From: Bugula neritina
Lineage: Eukaryota > Animalia > Bryozoa
DNA length: 64,000 nt
Assembly: GCA_964035545.1 (NCBI GenBank)
Contig: OZ037768.1
Location: 7,596,741 to 7,660,740 of the forward strand
Direction: 5' to 3'
Positions 11,801 to 25,000 of this stretch are shown one piece after another. The translations under genes and the position numbers were made by a program. The notes beneath the pieces are model-generated. The model was not told the origin of the DNA, made no database searches, and was given only the letters and a program-made list of their open reading frames with translations. How positions within the stretch are numbered: position 1 is the first letter of the stretch; each line of letters starts with the position of its first letter.

Positions 11801-14482
11801 TACAATCATTCTATAATAGTTTAACTTTGTTAAAAACTAGTTGTTTTCGGTTGTCTTGAGTTTTGTTGTCAATCTTTTCAATAACGCAAAGACTTTAAAT
11901 GTACAATAGAAATATATAATCTTCTTACAATTAATGTTTGTTCACATCAATATGTTTCCATGAAAAGTCAGCCCTTTTATGCATGCTGTATATGTTCAAA
12001 TATATGCTATCCTTACCTATCTCTGCTCTGTTCTGTCTGGGTAGCCGGAAATGTTCAAATATGTGTCTGAAATGCTCATATGCTTTCAAAACTGTCATAT
12101 TTTTATTGGTTGAGCAGTTTAAGATAATGTACTCACCACAAATACACACACTTCCTAACAAGACTTACTATAAATGTAATTTAACAAATGCTTCACGAAG
12201 TATTCTTTTTCTTCCTTTTGAATATACAAACTTTTGCCTGTAAGAAAACAATCATGTTATCTCATTGTGTTTCACCGCAATCTTGCAATATGCCAACCTT
12301 GTTTTCACAAAAATATCTCAATGTGGACAGATCGTTAGTCTTGTTTTTACAGGTTAAAAAATAATTTTACAAGTCAAAGTTTTTGACTTGATATTAAATA
12401 TAGGCTACCATATTTGAACCTTAATATACAAATTAAAACAATAATTAGTTGATGGTGGTTTAGAAAACATTTATCAAAAAACTTTTTAGTCTATTCTAAT
12501 CTCATGGCCAATTAATTCAATGGTATCTTATGATAAGATACATTTAAAAATATGGAAATATGCAGATAATCGTGTGCATTGTAAGTGTGTAGTATGAAAC
12601 ACTGTTGTAAAATAGTTGTGGTTTGATTTTGCAGATCTACCCTCAACTGATAGGTGTATGGTTGACATTTTCTGTATCTCTAGTTTGTTTTCCTGCTGTA
12701 CAAGCTGACATCAGACCATCTGATCCAGACTTTTTTATACCTGGTAGGCATCACTTTAATTAGTTTATTACACTGCATAGACCATATTACAGTTTTCATA
12801 TTGTGTAGCTTTGCGGGATTTTTTTAAACTGGTAATTTTGTTTCAAAAATGCATTCATAGAGACACAACCACTTGTAAAGCAAACCAGGGGCTACTTATG
12901 TGATCCTTCACAACCTTTGGCCACAATGTATTCGCGTGCCATGCATTGATTTACATGTCTTGTGCCTGGCTGTTTTTTCAATTGAAAAGTTGAATTTGAT
13001 CTGCACACTCTGTAAGCAACCAGCTATAAATTCTCCAGTTTGTTATATTAATTTGTTCAGCTGCTGGATGTAACAAGATACTGAACTAAAGGAAAGTTTT
13101 TGCTATATCAAAGGTCATGACTCATGATAAGAAATGTTAAAAGTTATAACCAGGGCACTACGACCCAACCAATGTCAGTCCTACAATAACTGTTGTTCTG
13201 TGTGAGACAATGGGGCCTAATTTGCTAAATCAATTACTTTATACATATCCTAGCCCAAGATCCTACTAATAATTACTGCAGAAATTATATAACTCTGCAG
13301 AGTCCCTCTTTTGTTGCAGAAAAATTGTATACTCCTATCACCACATTTCTCTTCTTCAATCTTTTTGCAACACTGGGAAGCCTGACTACAGAATTAATCA
13401 AAAAGGTAATCAAACGTAGCTATAAATAGGCATGTTTAATCATCACATTTTATAACTGTATTACAATATGACCATTTTATAAGGAATAAAAGACCAATAT
13501 GTATAATTAATATAATGTATGACCAATTCTCTTAGTTTTTCTCTGTTGTTTTGTTTGATTTAAAATTTAGATTTAGACTCGACAATATTTGCTAAAAGAT
13601 CTGCCTGTCTTAGCTTCACCTATTTTATTTGAGTTTGTTTACCTTGTATGGAGTAATCGTCAAGCTATTTTCAAAAATAACATGTAAAACCTGTCGCATG
13701 TAGAAATTCACTTCCAACATAACATTATCAGTTTTTGTTAATCTTGTAGCCTGGTCCCAGATTTGTGCTCATTCCTATTGTGCTGCGTATCCTATACATC
13801 CCCTTCTTCATGCTTTGTAACTTCAGACCTGAGCTAAGATCTATTCCAGTATACATCAGCAATGATTATGCCTACTTTGCTGGTGGCGTAACTATGGCCT
13901 TTACTAGTGGCTACTTTAGCAGTCTATGCATGATGTATGCTCCATCGTAAGTATAATATTATGCAGTTGTTATTGCAAGTTATAATTTTCTCTACATTTT
14001 TTTAATGTTACTCTTTCATTGAATTTCACCTGTCTGCAATACATTTTATATAAATAATAATGGTAAACATGTTTAATAGCAAAGGCAATGGAGTATTTGT
14101 TTTGTAAAATATTAGCTCATCCCTTAAAAAGAGAAGGTTTAGTGTACTTACTTGCATATTACATTGGGTTTTCTAGTTATAAAGTAAATAGAATTCTCCA
14201 ACAACACTTTTCATTAGTTTTGATTTTACTTTTCTGTTTTATTCTAACCAGTCATATCAATTACAACACATTTTTTGTTATTGGTAGTTTTCATATAAAA
14301 AAACGTATGCATCACCATATATTGCATTTGATGAGGTATATATATACTATGTTTAATGTAGGCTGGTGGAACCCAAGTGGGCAGGTACTGCTGCTATGAT
14401 TAGTGCCTTCTTCCTTATACTGGGCATAGTAAGTGGAGTTCAGTTCACATTGGTCGTGTCATGGCTGGTTGAACATATATGA
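5801..14482 (+). CDS. SLC29A1: Equilibrative nucleoside transporter (SLC29/ENT1-3 family), 15 coding exons, 545 aa
   Basis: Exons 5801-5891, 6111-6277, 6694-6818, 8022-8103, 8584-8732, 9696-9784, 10001-10051, 10354-10439, 10789-10837, 11108-11205, 11605-11742, 12635-12743, 13320-13405, 13750-13946, 14362-14482. All are GT-AG and phase-consistent, total 1638 nt. ENT motifs: PPDKFKLVYLIFILHGIGTLLPWNMFLTA, GVYQNCLYGIAGTFPMKYTNAVIVGSNVSG, SLVCFPAV, FLFFNLFATLG, LRILYIPFFMLCNFRP, MAFTSGYFSSLCMMYAP. Exact vertebrate orthologue (A1/A2/A3) is not resolvable; the first exons are less certain than the transmembrane part. Confidence 0.93.
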
Positions 14483-15119
14483 GCTACACACTAAGTATGG
14501 TCTTTCTCTGGAATTACAGCCGCAGCTCATATACATTTATTAACAGTATTATGTATTATGGCTAGCCATATAATATGTGTCTTATGAGCTCTAATACATT
14601 TATCTGTAAGTGCACATTGACTGCTGAAATGTTTCATTGCATATCGTACATTTTGCATACATGTATTATTTACTGTCCATTTGACTGAATTCTTACGGGT
14701 AACTCCATTTGCCAAATTCTAATTTTATCAAATGCCAATTTGTTTTGAAACTTATAAATATGTATTGCAAACTGCGTTGGGCAGTATTGTTTTGTGCCAA
14801 GATTTTACAAACAATACAAGTTATGATTTTTATCTGTTTGTGGAGAATGTTTTGGTTGTGCATAATTAAGTTCTGGTTTATAGAGAACAACGTATGAAAG
14901 GAATTTTCTAGTATAATTGGAATTTATTTTGTAAGAAATATATAGACTTGTAGCTAGTATTTTTGCAATAATACAAATATTGTGATTGAGGTTATAAAAG
15001 TCTGTTCTCTTGTGTTGAGATAACATTTAAAAAGATTTATTCAAAATGGTTTTACATTCTTTACACTCATCAACAGACACCAAAAGCAGTTCATAGTTTA
15101 ATTTAGTCCTTACATGGCT

Positions 15120-18100
15120 TTAACTTTGATTGTGAGATTTTATTTGCTCTATTTTCCTTCTCACACTAGATGTGTTCAATGTTAATTCTGCATGCTGCAT
15201 CTTCAATCTTTCCAAACGTTCTTTGAGTCCATCAGCTTCATCTTTCCTTTCTTCAAAATCTCTTAAAAGGGGTTCATTACCTAGCAAGCCGCAATTCTGT
15301 CTCAATCTGTGATTATCTATACGAAGTGCATCTCTGGCTTGTTTTGTTCTTGTTAATACATCTCTTTTCTAAAAATAAACAAATGAAACTTTTAAACTGA
15401 TGCTATGGAACGAATGAGGTCTTTTCATACAAGTTTCACTAAAACTATTATCTTCTTTTTCCATGGTTGGTTTTTCTAAAGTCATTATTTGTTTTGATGT
15501 ATTTCATGTGGCTCAAGTTTAAAACTTAAATAAAATTTGACTTCAGATTCTTACAGAGCTTTTGAAAGACATCTCATTTCAATTTGACACATTGCAGTTT
15601 TGACCAGCTAAAATAAGCCATATTGCTATTTGCTGTAATTTACAGTGCTTTACCTGCGCAACAGCTCCTTCCACATCTTTCAGCTTATTTTTAAGCAGAC
15701 TATTTTCTCCCTGAACAAACTGCAGTTTCTCCTTCAGATGTGTCAAGACCTGTACAGTGTTGGTTATCTTTTTTCTTAGTTTTAGCAGTTCTTCATTTCT
15801 TTCCTCAATCTTTTCGTTGTAAGTCTGGTTTTCTATTTTCAGTTGCTCAAAATCTATGAGATGTAAACCATCAGCCAGTTCTTCCTGTAAAAAATGTACA
15901 CATTTTTTCTGACTTACTTCTTCTTACCAAACTGATGACATTAATTTTTATTAAAAATCATAAGTTTTTTACCTTGGATTTCAACTGCTGCTCTTTCTTT
16001 TTTAGCTTATTTTTCAGCTTGATATTTTCTAATCTTACAGCTATCACGTCTTGGTCTTTCTTACTTTCTCCGGCCAAATATTGCTCAATATCCTGTAAAA
16101 AATAGTGTAGATACAAAGAGTCGACTACAATTTTTCTAAATTTTTGGGAATAACATACATGCTGTTAATTTCTAAAAAAAAAAGAAAATATTTATTTATA
16201 TTAAAGTTTCACCTTTGGTGGTATGGGTTTTCCAGATCTGCTATTAAGTGCATTCAAAGCCACCTGATGTTTAAACTCGACAAATTTCAATCTATGGACA
16301 TCAACTTCGCTGTTTTTCTCTTCACATCTTTGTTTTAAATCTTCAATTTCTTCTTCATACTTCTCTCTAATAAGTTGATCTTCTGCCCGTAATTCTTCCA
16401 GCTGGGCTATATAACATACATATAATGATAAGATGATAGCAAAATATAGTTAATTGAAAATGGTCAGTGCCAATGAAATGTTTTTAGCACAAGTACAGTA
16501 GGTTATGTAGAAGCTCTTATGTACAATGGCAGGAATGATAACTCACACATGTATTTCACATATCGTTGCTCCTGATCAGCTTCATTCTTGTCAACAGCTT
16601 CCGGTTTCTGCTCATCAGATCTTCTTCTCTTGAAATATTCAGCTAGCTTATGCTGAAGTTGGTGATTCTGTTGTTGAAGTTGTTCTCTCTCTGCTATTGC
16701 TGTCTACAAAAAGATGATGTGTTTTTACATATTAATATGTATGAAAAATTATCTGCTTTTCAAACTTGGAATCTTTCTTGGTTTAAGCTAGATAAATTAG
16801 TTAGATTGCCATTTTAACTAAGCTTCATAAAATAATGTTTTGAAACAAAGAAAAACATAGCATTTCAACATTAGAAACATATAATTTCCATGAAGTCGTT
16901 GCTCTTACTTGATACATCTCAACTAATGCCTCCCTGTCCTGCTCTGGTGACATGATATCTTCTTCTAAAGCCTCCACATCAAATCCTTCTTCGACATGTT
17001 CATCTTCTCTAGGGGAATCTGCTACAGGAGGAGACGTTGGTTTTGTTTCAGCTTCACCATCGGCAGGTGCTGGAGAACCGTCTCGAGACAGCTTCTCAAC
17101 AATATGTGGGGCTGGAGATTCTGGCTTTTCTCCATCGGTGAATGTATCACTCTTTAAACAAACATCAGCTTTATTAACAGATAGTCCAAATAAAGTCATT
17201 TTTACCAACTGTTTAAATGCATTGCTATTAGATGTTGGAAATTTACCTGAGGCATAGCATCATGTTCAACTTGATCCTGGCTAGCTTCTGGCTGTCCTTC
17301 TGTTTCTAATTCGTTACTTGGTTCAACAGTCTCCTCATTGGTAGCAGATACAGTTTCCTCACCTTCAGCCTTGGCTTCTTCATTTACTTCAGCATCTGCG
17401 GCCTCACCATCAGCATCTCCTGTTTTAACTTCTTCTTGAGGCTTTTCCTCACTCTCTCCCTCAGGTCCCTCACTCTCTCCCTCAGGTTCCTCACTCGTAG
17501 CCTCTTTAGCTTCCCCTTCTTCACCTGCTTCACCTGCCTTACCTAAATTGTTATCAGTTCTATTTACTTGACATATGTTTTGATTTTAATTTGTATCAAA
17601 ATAAACACTAAATGTAGCTTGCTATAAAAAGTTGAATGATTACTTAACAAAAGACCATTTCTCAGATTTTTTATTTGACCAAGCTTCAGTGGCTGACATC
17701 AACTGCCATATTTTTTGAAAAAATGTAGAGATGCCAATTTCCATTTGATTTGGTTTCCAATTATGATGCAACTTTAATTTTGTGACCAATTTTATGTGCA
17801 AACAACTAGTGCCAACAAATGTACTGAAGTACATTATACATGAATAACTCATCTTATGCTAAAACAACTTTAACATGATATCTCAATCAAACCCTATTAA
17901 CATATGTACCTAATCTTTGGTCGAAAAACAATGTTGTTTAACAAAAATGCATGAATTTTTTGTTATACTAAATTTCCGATTTAGTCATTGTTGTAATATA
18001 GGTCCACAGGATTATATTCTTAGAGCAAAGCATCACAACAAGCTAACTTTTTTCGTAAGCACTCAAATGTGAACAATATTTATAGTGAATACAGTAGTCG

Positions 18101-19781
18101 GTAATAGTTTTAATTAGTTCAAAATTGAAGAATAGAGCTGCATGCTAAACTGTAAATTTTTTTTAAATTAAAGATTCTGACAACTAATAAAGAAGCCTTT
18201 CTAAGATCTTGCCTTTCTACTAGTGTTCAATGGCAAATTTATTAATCACAACCTATCACAACTCTAACTGAGTCTCATACTACATACTACTGACATATGA
18301 AAATCTCTTCATTCAATAAAATACAACAATTCTGTGCACATAGATATGTGTGACAAAGCATTTATTAACTACCACAGTTAATACATTTAATAAAAAACAT
18401 GTGGTTTCGATGCAAACAGAGTTTTAAAAAGTTTAAAATAAAGTGTTTAAAAAAAATAGGGTTTGTCAGAAAAAGTAATAAATTACTACTGAACTCTACA
18501 AAATATTAAATAATTTAACTTAAGGTTAGTGAGCATTACCTGTTTCAGCTTCATCAGCAGGTTGGTCAGTACTTCCTTCAGTAGCTGCTGGCTCAGCTTC
18601 TTCTGGTGAATTATCCGCTGCAGTTTCTGTGGCCTCACCATCAGCACTTTCTTCTACAACTTCACCTTCAGCGGTCTTTGGCTCTTCCTCTTTAACTTCA
18701 GACTGCTCTACATTTTCTGCTACTAAAAAAATCAATGCAGAAACTAAAACTGCTTGACCATAGTTATTATTTTATTTTATCATATAGTAAAAACAAATAA
18801 TAAAATATACACATCTTTTTGTTCATTCTATATTATTTTTGTGACATAACATGCCAACTTGTATTTATATGCACAAAAATCAATTGAATCTAACAATTTT
18901 GTTAACTAAAAACTAGCTATGCATTATTTTAAACATTAAATTTAATCTATTCTAAAAATATTTGCTTATATTACAATGTGAAGTACACTAGTTTGCAAAC
19001 TGGCATTTAAATAATGGCAAAAGAATAGAAACTTAAACTACCATTTTTTTCTTCGGGTACAGTTGATTTTACATCAGCAGGTGCAGGTTCATTATTATCA
19101 TTTTTAGATTCATTCTCTGTTGCAGCTGTAGCATTGTCAGCTATCTCTTCAGTTTTTTCTTGAACTTGTTCATCTTCAGGAACAGGTTCTTGAGAATTCT
19201 ATTACAAAAAAATCACAAATAAATTCTAATGGATTAGGTTGATTTTACTATTAAAAGTATATTACAGTGACAAGCAAAAAATATGAGTCAATATGAATTA
19301 TTTAAAATTTGCAAAAACTTTAAACAGTAACACAGGAATGTAAACGTAGAATTAAAAAATAAGTTGAAAGAACGTAAAGTTTGCCGTTCAGTTTGCACCA
19401 TTACTATGAATGATTAAGTTTGCTAATAAATTTAATACTCATCTTAACAAAAATACTCAAACATAGACTTATGTGATACACTTATGAGTTATTTACGGCT
19501 ACATATTATAATAAGTTTGTCATTATGTTTACATATGATTAATATTATTATCATTATGATTCTGATTATTACCTTCATCGTAAGGTAGATATTAATAAGT
19601 AATAAGGAATCAGTAGTATTTGTTCAGTTGATAGATAAAATTATCATTTTTGAATTACGACTATCTATTAATTATAAGCAATGAAACTCATAAAATAACT
19701 CACATAGTATAGCTATAAGTAAGATTTTGTAATTAGAATATAGTTGAAGTTCTAACTTACTTGTTCTTCGGTATCCGCCAT
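15120..19781 (-). CDS. CCDC96: Coiled-coil domain-containing protein 96 (CFAP184; DUF4201), 10 coding exons, 616 aa, long acidic N-terminus
   Basis: Exons (minus) 19781-19761, 19198-19042, 18722-18540, 17542-17247, 17151-16909, 16703-16547, 16406-16213, 16092-15973, 15884-15654, 15368-15120. All are GT-AG and phase-consistent, total 1851 nt. Signature VRLENIKLKNKL...EELADGLHLIDFEQLKIENQTYNEKIEERNEELLKLRKKITNTVQVLTHLKEKLQFV...RQNCGLLGNEPLLRDFE. Confidence 0.93.
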
Positions 19782-19792
19782 TTTATTTGCGT

Positions 19793-20054
19793 GTAACCAA
19801 GGAAGTTTAACGTTCTTATAGTCGTAGTTTTATTCGAAAATGAAATATATCCGAATGTGTGAGACTAAAGAATTTTTAAAAATCGAAAACTTGACGAAGA
19901 ATTTTAAGAGTTGTCCTTTTAAAACATGTATTGCGCTATTATATCAACTTAAGATTTGTTATATAGCCCAAAACCCTAAAACAGGATCGAGGGATAACTA
20001 AGTCCAAACATACTATATAAGAAACTTTACGAATCTGTTGGTTAGGAGCGGGAA
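19793..20054. promoter_or_regulatory. Candidate divergent promoter region CCDC96/TK1: imperfect X-box and E2F-like site
   Basis: GTAACCAAGGAAGT (19793-19806, imperfect RFX X-box) lies just upstream of the CCDC96 ATG. GAGCGGGAA (20046-20054) is E2F-like. Several CpGs occur in otherwise CpG-poor DNA. Confidence 0.4.
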
Positions 20055-20504
20055 CTACCAAATAAAAATTTACTCCTCGACTTTATAGACCATCACAAAG
20101 AAAACGTTACATAACTTCACGTTTAAAATAATATGTTGATGTAGGGCTAAGAAGTGCTTTCAGTCATTAGTCATGGCTTAATCAACTAATAAGTAACACT
20201 AACAATATGAATAATAATCATACGCCTAATGCTAATAGTAATACTAATAGTAATACTAATACTAATAGTAATAGTAAATGTAATAAATAATATTATTATT
20301 ATAAAATTAAATTATAAATATAATAATAATAACTAATAAGACTAACATTAACAACACTCAGTCTCATTAGACTTAGTTTTATATTAATCATTAAATTTAA
20401 TGACTAATAAAGAATAAATGTAACTAGAAGTCATTATGATTATCGTAATCAAATTATGAGTATCAGTCCTTGCTATCATGATCATCATTATGATTATCAT
20501 CAAC

Positions 20505-20945
20505 TTCAAACACTTTAGTCCTGACGTGGTTCAAATTTTATGATACTTCAAAGAAAGCTAAGGTGGTGGCTTATACAAGTCTATGCAGGCCTATACTTGA
20601 TTATGCAGATGTGGTTTGAGATCCTGCGACTAGAAGCAAGGTGCATGATGATTATATAGACTTGGTCCAGAACAGTGCCTTACATAAGGAATCTGAAGGG
20701 ACGCACTGACAGTGTGGGTGTATCTGAAGGAGGAATGAGTTAGGACTCTGGTCACTAGAAGACAGAAGAAAAAACCATCGACTGTCTTTACTGACTCGTA
20801 TCAGCACCCAACTCTATCCAAAGCCTATGACGAGATTATTAAATACAGGGAGCTCATAACTGTAGCCACTCGGGCGGTTGCCAGAGGAAAGCTTATCTCC
20901 GTATCAGCTAGGAAAAGCATGTTCCACACTAGTTTTCTGCCACAT
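20505..20945 (+). mobile_element. Decayed LINE ORF2 C-terminal fragment (CR1/L2-like group)
   Basis: With frameshifts it reads KAKVVAYTSLCRPILDYADVVWDPATRSKVHD..DLVQNSA...NLKGRTDSV...LGLWSLEDRRKNHRLSLLTRI, the AY.SL.RP.LEY...VWDP / L..LE.RR pattern. It is flanked by ATT/ATC low-complexity DNA. Confidence 0.8.
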
Positions 20946-22092
20946 CACATTCGATTTCATAATGATAATGGTAATCACTGAATTAGATTATCATAGTCAT
21001 AGTCATGGTGAATAATCGTAATGACAATTTAATTGTCACTGATAATCATAAAGGTAATAAATTTGAATAATTGAATGATATTTATTATTTATAAATGATT
21101 ATTAATGGTATATTCATAACGATAATGATAGTAACAATTACGACGATTTTCACATTGGTTGTTATAATCATAGTGATACTGACAGTGATAATGTTAATGT
21201 CTGATCATCAAGTAATCATCATGATCATGATCATTGATGTACTCCAAGCCTAACTTGATGGTTTTCTTTTATTCTGTTATAAGTTTTATCTTACAATGAA
21301 ACTTTTACTATTGTAATTATTAACATTTTCTAAATTTCCTGAAACTGTCAAGATTTAGTCTTGGGTTTTAAGTTTAATTTAATAATAATTTACTTTTAGT
21401 AATTTTGAACTAATTAATGAATAGTTCTACGTCCAATAGCAAATGCAATACTAATATCGTTAGACTGTTATATTAATTTTAAAATTAATAATAATTTGAT
21501 TTTTTTATCAAATCTCAGGATAGTACTATTTATTTGTGAGAATAATGATAATCAATCATTACATAAATGTGATAATAGCAAGTTTAACATCACACTTTAA
21601 AACTAACAGCTGTGGTGAGATTATTTGCATGTACTGTAAGGCCTATTTGTGTGTCACCTTCTACAATCTACACGATACTAAATCATACAATAACCCATCA
21701 TATTTTGTTCATGCAGTTGTCCTAGATTTTGTAATTTAAGTATTCGACTTAGTTCCTTATCTCTTTATAATAGGAAACTCTAAACAATTACACCAATGGG
21801 AGACTTATCTGCTGTCTACTTATCTGCATAAATTTCATGTAAATCAATCAGAGGGTGGTAAAACTTTTTATGCCATGAAACAAATCTGTAGATGATGTTA
21901 AAATAAACATTTTAGTCAGTTATATAATTATAGTACTTAGCTCAATTTCGAAAATTTTGAACACTGATGACTAGTATCAACACCTATAAGACCTATACAT
22001 AGCCTTGTGGCTTTTAGTTTCTTGTAAATTCCTTTTGTTTATGTTTTCAGCGTGTAACATTCACAATCTCTTTTACACTTATAAAAGGAAGT

Positions 22093-25000
22093 ATGGCTTC
22101 TGAAGAAGCTGATCATAGCCAAGGGCAGATTCAGGTAAATGGTTCCATTTGCACTGCACTTCATTGAAATTTAGCAACTATGTTAACATAGCTGTAAGCT
22201 CAGTCATTGCAGATGCAGCTAACTATGATTCAAAATTACAAAATTGAAGAAAGCTCTTCTCTGTCATCAAAGACGAAATTATAAGCATTATTAGAACTTT
22301 TACTCTAAATGTTGTCACTTTTTTTCTTCTCAAAAGTAAAAGCATGCTTTTCACAAATTTCATGGTAAAATATATAGACAAACCATTTGAAAGCAAAAGG
22401 CTGTGCACTAAGAAAAAAAGAATTTAATTATTCCATTTCTAATTAATGCTAATTATAACATAGGAAAATATTTGCTTTGGCTCAACACAGCATTGCTTGA
22501 TTTTCATTTGTGTCTAAATATATTGAAATTGCTCAAAAATCTATGCAAACTATTTACTGCAGTATTTTTAATTGAAAGTTGACCCAGCAGTGTAGTCCAA
22601 TAAGAAAATTATTTTCAAATTAGTTGTATAAAAGTTCAGCAGCAAATGTAATGGTAATAGTTGCTTACGTTGTTCAACAAAGCTGTTGTCGCCTAACTTT
22701 CCCCAACTTTCTTTTACTAATATACCTAAAGTTTGTAACCCTAGTATTTTTCTGTACAAGTCAATAGCTAACGATTTTTGTTTTTTGTAGATCATATTTG
22801 GGCCGATGTTCTCAGGAAAAACGTAAGTATAATATTCTCATCAAACATTAGCCTATGTTTGTTTGTTTGTTTGTTTTATTTTGTCGTAGTCGGGAAAAAA
22901 TTAATTGAGAAAAAATAAACAAAATGACAGGGCCTATGGCGCAATAGCACTGTAGCTGTTGGTTTTAGTGTAAAAAATTCGAATTAATGCTGTTGAGATT
23001 CTTTTGCTTTAAAACAACGTATGTATGTCTTCTTTGTTTTAGCACTGAGTTAATCCGCCGTATGAGACGATACAGTGTTGCCAACTATGATTGTCTTCTT
23101 GTCAAAAATATTAAAGATACTCGATACGATGAAAATGGCCTTGCTACACATGACCTGTGAGTAGGTGCCCATGACTCACCTACTATAACTCACATGCTAT
23201 CCTCAGTTACTACGACTCACCTACTATGACTCACCTGCTTTACTCATTTGCTTTAACTCACCTGCTATACTCATCTGCTTTAACTCACTTGCTATGATTT
23301 ACCTACTATGACTCACCTGCTATGACTCACCTGCTATAACTCACCTGCTATGACATACCTACTATAACTCACCTGCTATGACTCGAAGGTCTTACTAGCT
23401 GAAAATCATCATAAAACATTTGTTAAATGTTGTGACATTCGTTTTCTTTGTTTTTAGGAGTTGTGTGACCTATGTGCATATAGCGTGTAATAAAAACCGT
23501 ATTTTGCAACATCAATGTTGGGTTGATTTATATATGCTTAGCAATGAGCAAATCACGCTTTCTGCATTATTTTCTTTACCATCAACATCTTTATAATTTT
23601 GGAATATAAAGGGTAGACAACTCCTGTTGTCATCTCAACACTCAGTTTGTGTGCGGTAATTAGATAAACATGACATGATGTACTAACACTGGACTTTTGG
23701 AAGCTCAATTTAATTTCACTTGTATTTATAGCAGCAAATACGCCAACATGAAAATAGGTTCTACCCTAACAACAGCCAATAGTTACTATAATACATCAGG
23801 AGAGCTGTTATTCATCTGTTGTACACGTTCCTATGTATCTTAAAGGATTCATAGAATTAATTTTTAAATCAAGGAAGTCAGTAGTCTTTTGCCACATCAT
23901 TCTTGTAGCCTGGTTTTCAAGTTAGTACCGGTACATTTTCGAGTTTTTTAGTGTTTGTAATTGTTTTAATTTTGCTGACATCTTTCAAATATTATTAGAT
24001 TTATATATTATTTTGTTAAATGTGTGATTGCTGTTGTAGGCAGGTAGAGAATGTTCTGCCTACTGTCTCCACTGCCAAGTTGTTTGATGTTGATGAGAAG
24101 AAGGTGCGTGAGAGTGAGGTCATTGGCATCGATGAGGGTCAGTTTGTAAGTAACCTATTCAATTCTAGGTCTTACAGTTTCCTGTCTGAAATTAATAATT
24201 ATAAGTCTCTTTAGGAATCATTTAAAGCAATTTTTGTACAAGAAAAACAATTTTTACTATATATGAGTTTTTTCCTTATAAATTAAACTTATATAAAGAG
24301 TTAAGGTGTTGGGTGGTTTTTAAATGTCGGCGGTCCATGCATCAAACCATGCTGCTAACATAGCTTGAGGGCTTTTAGAGTAATAAAGAAGCAGTTTTAG
24401 CCCGTACCCATCTTGACATCAGCATTCTCCCTGCTGGAGTTTGACCTATAAGCTTAGCTGTATCAATGTGTGTATGCTGGGCTCTATTCACTGAGCCACA
24501 CCTGCCCATATTTTTCATTTAAGAATGGAAAGAAACTTGAACAGAATAAAATCACCTTGAAAATGATGGAAAGCACAAAAATCAATTTATAACATGCTAC
24601 TTGAAAGTTCGGTAAATGTTTTATCATTGAGTAACTGCAATAGAAAATCTGTCATTTAAGCGTAACTAGCTGGTCCTAGGAAGGCACAACTCCAAATCAT
24701 CAACAAGTTTTTATATTATTGAGCAATACTGATCGGCATATTGGGTGGTGAGTTTCAGCTCTTTAGTATACTAATTAGGAAGTTAAGGAACTAAATGATG
24801 AGTGGTCAAGTGGTGGTTGGATAGGTTCCCGAATGACGTACAAAAACACCCCATTATTAGTGAGATTCCTTTGAGCTAGGTCACTGGTATACAGGGTTTA
24901 CTAATATAATGTATAACATTCGCAGGTTAAACTCGTTTTAAACAAAATTTTAATATTTTACTCTCGGTTTTCTTTACAGTATCCTGATGTAGTTAGTTTC

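Noticed and set aside
16952-17257. 101-aa Ser-rich plus-strand ORF
   Set aside because: It is the antisense shadow of a Glu-rich CCDC96 exon.
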